Shown here piece by piece: positions 37,898-46,309 of a stretch of DNA of 64,000 nt. How positions within the stretch are numbered: the first letter of the stretch is position 1; each line of letters opens with the position of its first letter. Origin of the DNA: Acidimicrobiia bacterium UBA2766 (GTDB lineage Bacteria > Actinomycetota > Acidimicrobiia > UBA2766); assembly GCA_002352645.1 (NCBI GenBank), contig DEIU01000010.1:138348-202347 (forward strand), given 5' to 3'. The notes beneath the pieces were generated by a model. It had not been told where the DNA came from and did no database searches. It was given only the letters and a program-made list of their open reading frames with translations. The translations under genes were made by a program, and so were the position numbers.

Positions 37898-39679
37898 GTG
37901 AAAGAAGCCGAAAACGCGAATGAGCTTCTCACCTATTTCCAGACAGTCCTCCACCACAAACTGCTCGTCGCTCAGACTTTTATCATGACTGTTCTCGCCG
38001 TTTTCCTCTTCTCCACTCTGCAGACTCCTCTCTACGCAGCCTCGGCGGCTCTCGTGGCAAGTCCACCCGACTATTCCGGCATATTCACGAACGCGCCGCT
38101 GCGCGGTATCTCTCGTGATCCCATGCGACGTATAGCCACCCAAATTGAAATGTTCTCCAGCCTGGAAGTGGCAAATACCGCGGCCAAGCTGCTACAAGAA
38201 GACCAAAAAACTGTGCAAGACCTCCTTCACAACACAAAGGTCTCACAAGTTGGACAAACAGACGTGCTGAAAATACAGGCGATCGACCCAGACCCGGAAA
38301 GAGCTGCGGTACTCGCGAACGCGATGGCTGATGCCTTTGCAACCTTCCAAGCAAACCGGTCTGTACAAACTATTACGCAGCTCACTGCAGAAATTTCCAG
38401 CAAACTGGAAGAAGCACGCAACCATTTAAGCGAACTAGACGGGTCCCTCGCAGCAGCACTCGCAGCCCGTAATGCACAAGAAGCGGAACGGCTCATGGCC
38501 GAACGCGACGCGATCGTACGAAAAACACATGACCTCGATGGGCAGGTAGACTCCCTGCAAATTCAAGCAAGTCTGCAGCAACAGCAACTCTCCATCATCG
38601 AGAGAGCTGCTGCACCCGATAGCCCTTCCTCACCGCGCACCAAACGAAATCTGTTCTTGGGCGGTATCGCAGGCGTGATCATCGGCGTGGGACTTGCCCT
38701 TCTCAAAGACTTCCTTGATGACAGCGTACGCGACCTTGCATCCTTGGAAGAGCTCGGCGGAATTCCTGCCGTTGGCGTGATTCCGAACATCTTCCCGGAT
38801 CAAAAGAAAAAGCACGCCAGCACAGCTCCCGCGATCGCGCAAATGCAAACACCTGCAGCAGAGGCGTTTCGTCGCTTGCGTACAAACCTGCAGTTTCTTG
38901 GGTTGGACCAGCCCATTCGCGCACTGGGCATTACGTCAGCGCGCGCGAATGAAGGAAAAAGCACTGTGATCGTCAACTTGGCAGCGTCGCTCGCGCACGC
39001 AGGCCTCCGTGTAATCATTGTCGGTGCCGACCTGCGAAAACCTTCCCTGCATAAAGTGTTCCACACACAAAACAAACAGGGACTTTCCACTCTGCTCACA
39101 GGAAAAATCAGAGTAGAAGACGTCCTCATTCCTGTCACCGTGGACGGGACACGCACACAGCTCTGGTTCCTCCCTTCAGGGCCAATTCCTCCGAACCCTG
39201 CCGAGCTGCTTGGATCAAAACGCATGGGAGAAATCATTACGGACCTCACGAATCGCTGCGATCTCCTTTTGTGCGACATGACGCCAACCCTACCAGTATC
39301 AGACGCATGCGTACTCGCACCAAAGCTCGATGGCGTGTTACTCCTCGCAAAAGCAGGGGTGACAAAACACAACGAGGTCACCACAACACGGGACTCCCTG
39401 ACAAAGGTCGGAACCCGACTACTCGGCGTCATCCTGAACCAAGTCGATGCCCACAGCACCAATAATAAGTATTCGTACTATTACGATTATGCCTACAAAA
39501 CAGAAGAAGAGGACAAAGACTCAACAACCACACCTACCACAGACTTCTCAAGCCCATTCCAGACCTCTTCCTCGCCGCTCTTCCCCCTTCCACAAGGCCA
39601 GACAAACCCAGCCAAACACTCCAAAACCACCACACCCTCGCTCTCCAAAGACCCCTCCTCCTCTATCCATCTCCCCTAA
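37898..39679 (+). CDS. Polysaccharide co-polymerase (Wzz-like) fused to a BY-type tyrosine autokinase
   Basis: Two TM segments flank a coiled periplasmic-type domain. Walker A 'SARANEGKST' and tyrosine cluster 'YSYYYDYAY'. I prefer GTG 37898 (AAGGA 7 nt upstream) over GTG 37853, which abuts the hairpin. Confidence 0.85.
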   Translation: MKEAENANELLTYFQTVLHHKLLVAQTFIMTVLAVFLFSTLQTPLYAASAALVASPPDYSGIFTNAPLRGISRDPMRRIATQIEMFSSLEVANTAAKLLQEDQKTVQDLLHNTKVSQVGQTDVLKIQAIDPDPERAAVLANAMADAFATFQANRSVQTITQLTAEISSKLEEARNHLSELDGSLAAALAARNAQEAERLMAERDAIVRKTHDLDGQVDSLQIQASLQQQQLSIIERAAAPDSPSSPRTKRNLFLGGIAGVIIGVGLALLKDFLDDSVRDLASLEELGGIPAVGVIPNIFPDQKKKHASTAPAIAQMQTPAAEAFRRLRTNLQFLGLDQPIRALGITSARANEGKSTVIVNLAASLAHAGLRVIIVGADLRKPSLHKVFHTQNKQGLSTLLTGKIRVEDVLIPVTVDGTRTQLWFLPSGPIPPNPAELLGSKRMGEIITDLTNRCDLLLCDMTPTLPVSDACVLAPKLDGVLLLAKAGVTKHNEVTTTRDSLTKVGTRLLGVILNQVDAHSTNNKYSYYYDYAYKTEEEDKDSTTTPTTDFSSPFQTSSSPLFPLPQGQTNPAKHSKTTTPSLSKDPSSSIHLP

Positions 39680-39913
39680 GCCCGCATCTCCTCATCCACT
39701 CCTGCAACTCCCCCGAAAGCCGAAAAGTCGTCCGAAATCCGGCTTTCTCGCTTCCTGACCATCCCGACCATGCCGTTCCCTCGCGATAGAGAAGCAGGAA
39801 CAGCCCAGCGTTCGGCAGAAAAGTCAGAGCTTTTCTGCCGAACTGCAACAATCCAGGCTTTCAAGCCCTTCCCGTTTCTCTGATTCTCAAGCACAGTTCT
39901 TTCCACGCGCAAG

Positions 39914-39961
39914 CAATGAGTTCTCTGTCGCGAAAAGTCTGACGTTCCCAACAACGCAATG
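39914..39961. repeat. 48-nt exact copy of an internal segment of the GT2 gene at 43874..44608 (copy A, intergenic)
   Basis: caatgagttctctgtcgcgaaaagtctgacgttcccaacaacgcaatg is identical base for base to 44497-44544, in the same orientation. Confidence 0.95.
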
Positions 39962-40187
39962 AAAACAAGACAAGACCGGGAAGCACCAGAAGCAAAGTGC
40001 CGGCAGACGCTACTCTGAAAGAGCATAAGGCGCGACGTGTCGTGGCCGATTTATTCAGGGGGCGGACACTCCCACCACCAAGACACGTGAGAAAACACAT
40101 TATGCAACGCCGACAGAAGACAATCCCGCCCTACTTGCAAACAGCTGTCTTCTTTGCTGGGATCAAGGTGCAAAACCAAGGAGCTTC

Positions 40188-42911
40188 ATGGTAACCGCCA
40201 ACACAAACCCTCTTGGCTCTCGGGCAACCCTCACCACCTCACACGGACCCCTGGACTATTTGTCGCTGGCACGACTCGAAGAGCTCGGACACACTGATCT
40301 CGGAAAAATCCCAAGAACAGTAAAAATCCTGCTCGAAAACGTCCTGCGTCAAGTTGGTTCGCCTCACGCGACAGAAGAAGATGTCATCGGTCTGGCAAAC
40401 TGGAGCGCCACAAACAACACAAACCACGAATTTCCCTATATGCCCGCGCGAGTCCTGCTGCAGGACTTCACGGGAGTTCCCGCGGTCGTCGACCTTGCAG
40501 CCGTGCGTTCCGCGCTCGCCAAAGCCGGTGCTGACCCCCTGCCGGCCGAGCCACTCATCCCGGTTGATCTTGTCATTGACCATTCTGTACAGATCGACAG
40601 CTATGGGAATCCCCAAGCCCTCACAATCAATCAAAAAATTGAGTATGAGCGCAACAAAGAACGCTATGCACTTTTGCGCTGGGCACAACAGGCTTTTCAG
40701 AGTTTTCGCGTTGTTCCACCAGGTATGGGCATCGTACACCAGGTGAATCTTGAACATCTTGCACGCGTTGTAATGGTGGTCACAGACGCGCAGGGAGAGC
40801 TCGCAATCCCCGATACGCTTGTTGGCACAGACTCCCACACTCCTATGGTAAATGGACTAGGTGTGCTCGGATGGGGCGTGGGTGGCATCGAGGCAGAAGC
40901 AGCCATGCTTGGCCAGCCCATGCCACAACTCACTCCGAAAGTCGTGGGCGTGAAGCTCACCGGAGCACTCCACCCTTGGATCAATGCCACTGACCTCGTT
41001 CTCACCATTACAGAACTCCTGCGCCGGCACGGTGTCGTCGGGAAGTTTGTCGAGTTCTACGGGGAAGGCCTTCTCAACCTGAATGTTCCCGATCGCGCCA
41101 CCCTCTCGAATATGACGCCAGAGTATGGCGCCACCGCTTGCCTCTGGCCGATCGATGGAAAAACCCTGGAATACATGCGTCTGACAGGGCGACCAGAGAG
41201 CCTGATCGAACTGACCGAGGTGTATGCCAAAACCCAAGGCCTGTGGGAGTCTCCTGATACCACTCCCGAGTACACCGAAAAACTCACACTCAATCTCGAA
41301 ACGGTTGTCGGTTCGCTTGCAGGCCCATCACGTCCACAAGATCGCACAAACCTGCCTGAGGTACCGGACAATTTCCAGAGGGCCTTCTCTGACCGGCTCT
41401 CTTCCCCATCTCATGCAACAATCACTGTGCAAAGTGACGCGGTCACAGTACGTCCCGAACCAGTGATATTGGAGCACGGCTCTGTTGTAATCGCCGCCAT
41501 CACAAGCTGCACAAACACATCGAACCCCTCGGTGATGATGGCAGCAGGGCTCCTCGCAAAAAAGGCTGTGGAAAAGGGGCTCCACACACAGCCCTGGGTG
41601 AAAACTTCCCTGGCTCCTGGTTCCCAAGTCGTGACAGACTACTTGGACACTGCGGGCCTCACGCCTTACCTCGACAAGCTTGGTTTTCAAACTGTCGGGT
41701 ATGGCTGTACAACCTGCATTGGAAACTCTGGGCCGCTTCCCGCAGCAGTAGAAACAGCCATCAAAGAGAATGACCTCGTCGTCGCGTCGGTTCTCTCTGG
41801 CAACCGAAACTTCGAGGGACGTATTCACGCCTTGGTCCGCGCGAGCTATCTCGCGTCTCCGCCGCTCGTCGTGGCCTATGCACTGCTCGGAAAAATCGAT
41901 GCAGACATCACGACAACACCGCTCGGGAAAGACCAGGACGGCAAAGACGTCATGCTCTCTGATCTTTGGCCTCTCTCCGAGGAAATCGAGGCGGCACTCA
42001 CTTCTGTGACGCGCAACCAATTCGAGAAACGTTATGCTTGCGTCTTCGAGGGTGACGAAGCCTGGCAGTCTCTTCCCTCCCCAACTGGCGCAGTTTTCGC
42101 ATGGGATACAAACTCCACCTATGTGCAGGAGCCTCCGTTCTTTCAGAACCTCGAGCAGACTCCCCCTCATACAATCAAAGATGCGCGTGTTTTCGCATTG
42201 CTCGGGGACTCCATCACCACAGACCATATCTCCCCAGCCGGAACGATCCCGGAAAATAGTCCGTCAGGGATTTATCTCACAGAACACGGCGTACCAAAAG
42301 CAGAGTTCAACAGCTTCGGTTCACGCCGAGGAAATCATGAAGTCATGATCCGCGGCACCTTTGGGAATATCCGTTTACGCAATGCCCTCGCCGAAGGAAA
42401 AGAAGGCGGCTACACGAAGTACCTGCCCACCGGGGAAATTCTTCCAATCTTTGACGCGTCAGAACGCTATTTTGCCGATGGCACGCCACTTATCATCTTG
42501 GGAGGCAAAGAATACGGCTCTGGTTCATCGCGGGACTGGGCCGCAAAAGGCACTTGTCTACTCGGCGTACAGGCCGTCATTGCCGAGAGCTACGAGCGCA
42601 TTCACCGTTCCAACTTGATCGGAATGGGAGTGCTGCCTCTGCAATTCAAAACGGGTGAGTCGGCGTCTTCTCTTGGCCTCGACGGAAGCGAATCGTTCAC
42701 CATTGGGGGCCTTGGGAGTGAACTCTCCACACAAAAAGAACTCAAAATAACAGCGACGCACCCTAGTGGGAAGAGCAGCAGTTTCCACGTACATTGCCGC
42801 GTTGATTCAGACGTGGAATTGTCCTACTACCAAAAGGGTGGGGTTTTGCAGATGATAACCGGACAGTTCATCGAACGCGCTCGACTTTCCTCGCAAGAAA
42901 GCGAACTCTAA
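40188..42911 (+). CDS. acnA: Aconitate hydratase A
   Basis: 907 aa. It carries the typical aconitase/IRP blocks ('DSHT', 'SCTNTSNP', 'CTTCIGNSG', 'NRNFEGR' and 'GSSRDWAAKG'). An AAGGAG RBS is present. Confidence 0.95.
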   Translation: MVTANTNPLGSRATLTTSHGPLDYLSLARLEELGHTDLGKIPRTVKILLENVLRQVGSPHATEEDVIGLANWSATNNTNHEFPYMPARVLLQDFTGVPAVVDLAAVRSALAKAGADPLPAEPLIPVDLVIDHSVQIDSYGNPQALTINQKIEYERNKERYALLRWAQQAFQSFRVVPPGMGIVHQVNLEHLARVVMVVTDAQGELAIPDTLVGTDSHTPMVNGLGVLGWGVGGIEAEAAMLGQPMPQLTPKVVGVKLTGALHPWINATDLVLTITELLRRHGVVGKFVEFYGEGLLNLNVPDRATLSNMTPEYGATACLWPIDGKTLEYMRLTGRPESLIELTEVYAKTQGLWESPDTTPEYTEKLTLNLETVVGSLAGPSRPQDRTNLPEVPDNFQRAFSDRLSSPSHATITVQSDAVTVRPEPVILEHGSVVIAAITSCTNTSNPSVMMAAGLLAKKAVEKGLHTQPWVKTSLAPGSQVVTDYLDTAGLTPYLDKLGFQTVGYGCTTCIGNSGPLPAAVETAIKENDLVVASVLSGNRNFEGRIHALVRASYLASPPLVVAYALLGKIDADITTTPLGKDQDGKDVMLSDLWPLSEEIEAALTSVTRNQFEKRYACVFEGDEAWQSLPSPTGAVFAWDTNSTYVQEPPFFQNLEQTPPHTIKDARVFALLGDSITTDHISPAGTIPENSPSGIYLTEHGVPKAEFNSFGSRRGNHEVMIRGTFGNIRLRNALAEGKEGGYTKYLPTGEILPIFDASERYFADGTPLIILGGKEYGSGSSRDWAAKGTCLLGVQAVIAESYERIHRSNLIGMGVLPLQFKTGESASSLGLDGSESFTIGGLGSELSTQKELKITATHPSGKSSSFHVHCRVDSDVELSYYQKGGVLQMITGQFIERARLSSQESEL

Positions 42912-42952
42912 AAAGCAGCGCTCCTGTTTACGCGGAGAACCTCCCCACAACG

Positions 42953-43021
42953 GCGCATGAGCGTCGCTCATGCGCAAGAGAGAAAGCGAGAAATGATATA
43001 TATCATTTCTCGCTTTCTCTC
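42953..43021. terminator. Two adjacent hairpins between convergent genes: an 11-bp stem (42953-42975) and a 44-nt perfect palindrome (42978-43021)
   Basis: gcgcatgagcg-t-cgctcatgcgc, followed by gagagaaagcgagaaatgatatatatcatttctcgctttctctc. The second overlaps the stop codon of the J-domain gene. Confidence 0.65.
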
Positions 43022-43697
43022 ACCCTGTGACATATTGCCGGGTTTCTGCCTTTTGCTCTGTTCGTCGAAGCATCTCCGCTGTATCCGCATGCGGCGAACC
43101 AGGAAGTGCCAGCAGATCAAGTCCTCGCGGTGCCGGAATCAAAGAATCCCATTTCTGACGAGAAACACGATTCATAATGAGGATGATAACGGTCGCCACC
43201 ATAGGCAACGGTCCCCACCAACCCTTTTTCAGGGTATGGGATTGATACTCATCTGCGATCTCAGTTCCACAATAATGGCAATAGATGCCAGTCTGTTTCG
43301 AGATCCGGGGAACAATCCCCCATTTTGAGGTAACAGACCATACAGTTGCTTCACGTGTCGGGACAGCATCACACTCTTCGCACGCGACCGGAGGCAGGTA
43401 CACACCTTCACCGTCGACATTCCCGAGAGCCGCTGTTTCCCACTCAAGCAGAGTTGTCAGCTGACCATCATAGCGACGGCGACGCTGCAGGTCTCCCAGA
43501 ACATCCCAGGCAGCATTCACTCTCGCCATGCCATTCGCCGCTTCAAGCCGCTGTGCATGCGAGGCTTCGGCATACCGGTCAGGATGCAACTGACTCGCCT
43601 GACGCCGATAAGCGTTTCTTACCTCTTCCGGTGTTGCTTCTCTCCCGACTCCTAAAACGTCGTAATACGTTGTCGTAGTTGAGCCGACTTTTTGCAC
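43020..43697 (-). CDS. J-domain protein with a putative zinc ribbon and a C-terminal TM segment
   Basis: 'YYDVLGV...LHPDR' (HPD motif), cysteine pairs 'CEECD' and 'CHYCG', hydrophobic 'LPMVATVIILIM'. Confidence 0.8.
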   Translation of the reverse strand: MQKVGSTTTTYYDVLGVGREATPEEVRNAYRRQASQLHPDRYAEASHAQRLEAANGMARVNAAWDVLGDLQRRRRYDGQLTTLLEWETAALGNVDGEGVYLPPVACEECDAVPTREATVWSVTSKWGIVPRISKQTGIYCHYCGTEIADEYQSHTLKKGWWGPLPMVATVIILIMNRVSRQKWDSLIPAPRGLDLLALPGSPHADTAEMLRRTEQKAETRQYVTG

Positions 43698-43761
43698 TGA
43701 AATTTTCCGTTCCGTTCCCGCACCCAGACTTCCTCGACTGACCCACTATGCGGCCAGGTGG

Positions 43762-43793
43762 CTCTTAGGCGCGTATTCTTCTTAGGCGCGTAT
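43762..43793. promoter_or_regulatory. Exact 15-nt direct repeat tcttaggcgcgtatt x2 (period 17) upstream of the J-domain gene
   Basis: Read directly. It lies 65-95 nt upstream of GTG 43697 (minus strand). Confidence 0.3.
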
Positions 43794-43873
43794 TGGACAG
43801 CTTCCTGCTTCGGCATGAAAGGTTCTTACGTTTTTTGGAGAAGCTTGCCAAAAAATTCCCCTTCCACGAAACA

Positions 43874-44608
43874 TCAGGACGAGAGATCTCCAGATACCAG
43901 CCAATCTTGTACACTTTTTGTGAGAGACTGGTAAAAAACCACATCCTCAGGTGCCATGAAAACTGAAAGAGGCCGATCGTATTGCACGAGATGTTCCTCT
44001 ATGTAACCATCGACATCTGTTCCCCAATACTCCTTCCACGTATTGCGCTTGTGACGCACAAGCATGAGCATTTCTGCACCCCGAACAGGAACATAATCAG
44101 GATGATCTCCAATGAAAAAGGAGTCAACCGCGTGAGGAATTTCACGAAAAGGACTCTCTTCCCAGATCGCTTTATCAAAGCAGAGAGAGGGACCTGCTTT
44201 ATGACCTAATCCTGTGTAGTGGACAGTTCCTCTCCAGGAGAGGAACACGAGGTATTCTTCCCAGAGAACGAACCCGCGCGCGACAGGACACCCACGTAAC
44301 GCACGAAGAGCACAAGAAAGGAAATCTGGCGCATAGTAATCGTCATCATCCCATTTCTGGATGACATCTCCTCTGGCTCGTTCAATACCAATATTAAGTT
44401 TTGTTCCCAATAATGTCGGCGGAACATGAAGGTAGGTCACCGCGTCACGTCCCGCGCACAAATCCGCAACCGGACCAGGAACACCATCGTCAACAACAAT
44501 GAGTTCTCTGTCGCGAAAAGTCTGACGTTCCCAACAACGCAATGCCTGAGCCACAAACCCCGGTCTATCTTTTGTTGGGAGAATACAGGAAACAAAATCA
44601 CGCGTCAT
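43874..44608 (-). CDS. Family 2 glycosyltransferase
   Basis: 'VSCILPTKDRPGFV' and 'ELIVVDDG' GT-A motifs. ATG 44608 gives the usual N-terminus. TTG 44620 opens the ORF. Confidence 0.8.
   Translation of the reverse strand: MTRDFVSCILPTKDRPGFVAQALRCWERQTFRDRELIVVDDGVPGPVADLCAGRDAVTYLHVPPTLLGTKLNIGIERARGDVIQKWDDDDYYAPDFLSCALRALRGCPVARGFVLWEEYLVFLSWRGTVHYTGLGHKAGPSLCFDKAIWEESPFREIPHAVDSFFIGDHPDYVPVRGAEMLMLVRHKRNTWKEYWGTDVDGYIEEHLVQYDRPLSVFMAPEDVVFYQSLTKSVQDWLVSGDLSS
44497..44544. repeat. 48-nt repeat, copy B (inside the GT2 coding sequence, encodes ...RCWERQTFRDRELIV...)
   Basis: Identical to 39914-39961. Confidence 0.95.
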
Positions 44609-44801
44609 GTGTCTTGCCAAGGAGATACGAACCAGATCTTCACTTTTTTATTCTGCCACATCGCAAAAAAAAGACAGAACAGGGAAGGCAAGTGCATCCT
44701 TTTCACTGAGAAGACAAAACAGGCTTCCCTGCAAAGAAGAAGTCCTTCCTCCCCTTATATTCTGCACGTCTTTCACATCGTACACAAAACCCGACTACGC
44801 C

Positions 44802-45002
44802 TTACCTTGGTGCCCGCACAACGCTCTTGAACTCAGCTTTCTCATGAGAACCATCGCAAAATGGTTTGTCGGCAGAAGCACCACACCGACAGAGATAGAT
44901 TTCCCCATCAGTTTGGAACTCAGCGCCTTTCGCGTCTTTTACTATGCACTCTCCGGTCACCATAAGAGGACCGTTTTTGCAGACCACTACAACAGCTTCC
45001 AT
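44802..45002 (-). CDS. CDGSH-type iron-sulfur domain protein (66 aa)
   Basis: 'CRCGASADKPFCDGSH' is the CDGSH [2Fe-2S] signature. An AAGGGA RBS lies ahead of ATG 45002. Confidence 0.85.
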   Translation of the reverse strand: MEAVVVVCKNGPLMVTGECIVKDAKGAEFQTDGEIYLCRCGASADKPFCDGSHEKAEFKSVVRAPR

Positions 45003-45076
45003 CTTGATCCCTTTTCCGTTTCACGAGACCTTCCCCTATATCTCAGGGTCCCGCAAAGAATCAGTATACAAAGATC

Positions 45077-46309
45077 TTAATTTTTCTTCGCCAGTTGTCG
45101 TAGATCAGTCTCAGGATCACGCAAATCAGGAGCGTTCACCAGAGTTCCCTGCCGGATCAGCCGCATCGCGGCCTTGTTTTTTCGCGGCTGATTCGCTGAC
45201 AGCGCTCCCACTATCCTGCTATTTTTCAGATAGAAAACAGTGAAGGATCGAGTCTTTGGGACTCCTGACCATACAACTTCGTCCCACTCGTCAGGATGCC
45301 CAGCATACTGGAAATTTACATCATACTGATCCGACCAAAACCAGGGAACTTCCTCGTGCCGAGATTCCTGCCCCAAGATATTTCGTGCGACAATATCACC
45401 CTGATTCGTGGCATTACGCAGGTGTTCAAGCCGTACACGACGGCCTAGTACACTATTTGGATGTTCCGCGACATCTCCCGCGGCATACACGTTGGGCAGA
45501 CTCGTCCGCCCAAATTCGTCAACACAAATCCCATTGGCACACTTCATACCGGCCTCGACTGCAAGTTCCATCGCGGGGTCAATCCCCACACCCACAATCA
45601 CAAAATTCGCCAGATACATTGTGCCCGACATTCCCTCAACCGCCTCCACCTTCTTCATGCCACGGAACGCAACTGCTGTCTCATTGCAGACAACCTGCAC
45701 CCCTTCTGCCGTATGGAGCTGAGCAAAAAACTGGCCGACTTCTGCGCCCAACACACGCGCGAAAGGCACCTCATCCATTTCGAGCATCACGATTTGCAGG
45801 CCCAACGAGCGCAGAGAAGCCGCGACTTCTGCCCCAATAAAACCTGCCCCAATAACCACCGCATGCGTTGCGGAACCCACATCAGCCTGGATCGCAGCTA
45901 CATCCTCGAGCGTGCGAAGCACGTGCACACCGGTGAGATCTGCACCGGGAATAGAAAGACGGCGCGGCCTGCCACCTGTCACGAGCACCAGCGAGTCATA
46001 GGAGAGAAGAGTTCCATTATCCAAGGAGACTGTGCAGGCCAGAGGATCGATCGCCTTCGCCTTTACGCCTCGATGCAAGGTCACATCGCGCTCCGCATAC
46101 CATTCTTCATTCTGGTAGAGCGTTTTCGCAGGAGACCATTCATGACGCAGGACCTCTTTTGAAAGAGGAGGTCTATCGTATGGCAAAACATCTTCCGCGC
46201 ACACAAGATGGATGTCTCCCTGCCAAGAAGAGCCATCCACTCCAGCCCGCAGACGGTGCACAACCGAATAGCCTGCGACACCTCCACCGATCACAACAGC
46301 ACTGGGCAT
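45077..46309 (-). CDS. FAD-dependent NAD(P)H:ferredoxin/rubredoxin reductase-type oxidoreductase
   Basis: 'VVIGGGVAGYS' and 'VVIGAGFIGAEVA' dinucleotide folds, 'AAGDVA', and a C-terminal reductase domain. 410 aa. Confidence 0.85.
   Translation of the reverse strand: MPSAVVIGGGVAGYSVVHRLRAGVDGSSWQGDIHLVCAEDVLPYDRPPLSKEVLRHEWSPAKTLYQNEEWYAERDVTLHRGVKAKAIDPLACTVSLDNGTLLSYDSLVLVTGGRPRRLSIPGADLTGVHVLRTLEDVAAIQADVGSATHAVVIGAGFIGAEVAASLRSLGLQIVMLEMDEVPFARVLGAEVGQFFAQLHTAEGVQVVCNETAVAFRGMKKVEAVEGMSGTMYLANFVIVGVGIDPAMELAVEAGMKCANGICVDEFGRTSLPNVYAAGDVAEHPNSVLGRRVRLEHLRNATNQGDIVARNILGQESRHEEVPWFWSDQYDVNFQYAGHPDEWDEVVWSGVPKTRSFTVFYLKNSRIVGALSANQPRKNKAAMRLIRQGTLVNAPDLRDPETDLRQLAKKN

Noticed and set aside
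39861-40100. 79-aa minus-strand ORF containing 'CWERQTFRDRELI'.
   Set aside because: The similarity to the GT2 protein is limited to the 48-nt copied fragment. The rest is unrelated, and there is no RBS or domain. I treat it as a gene fragment, not a gene.
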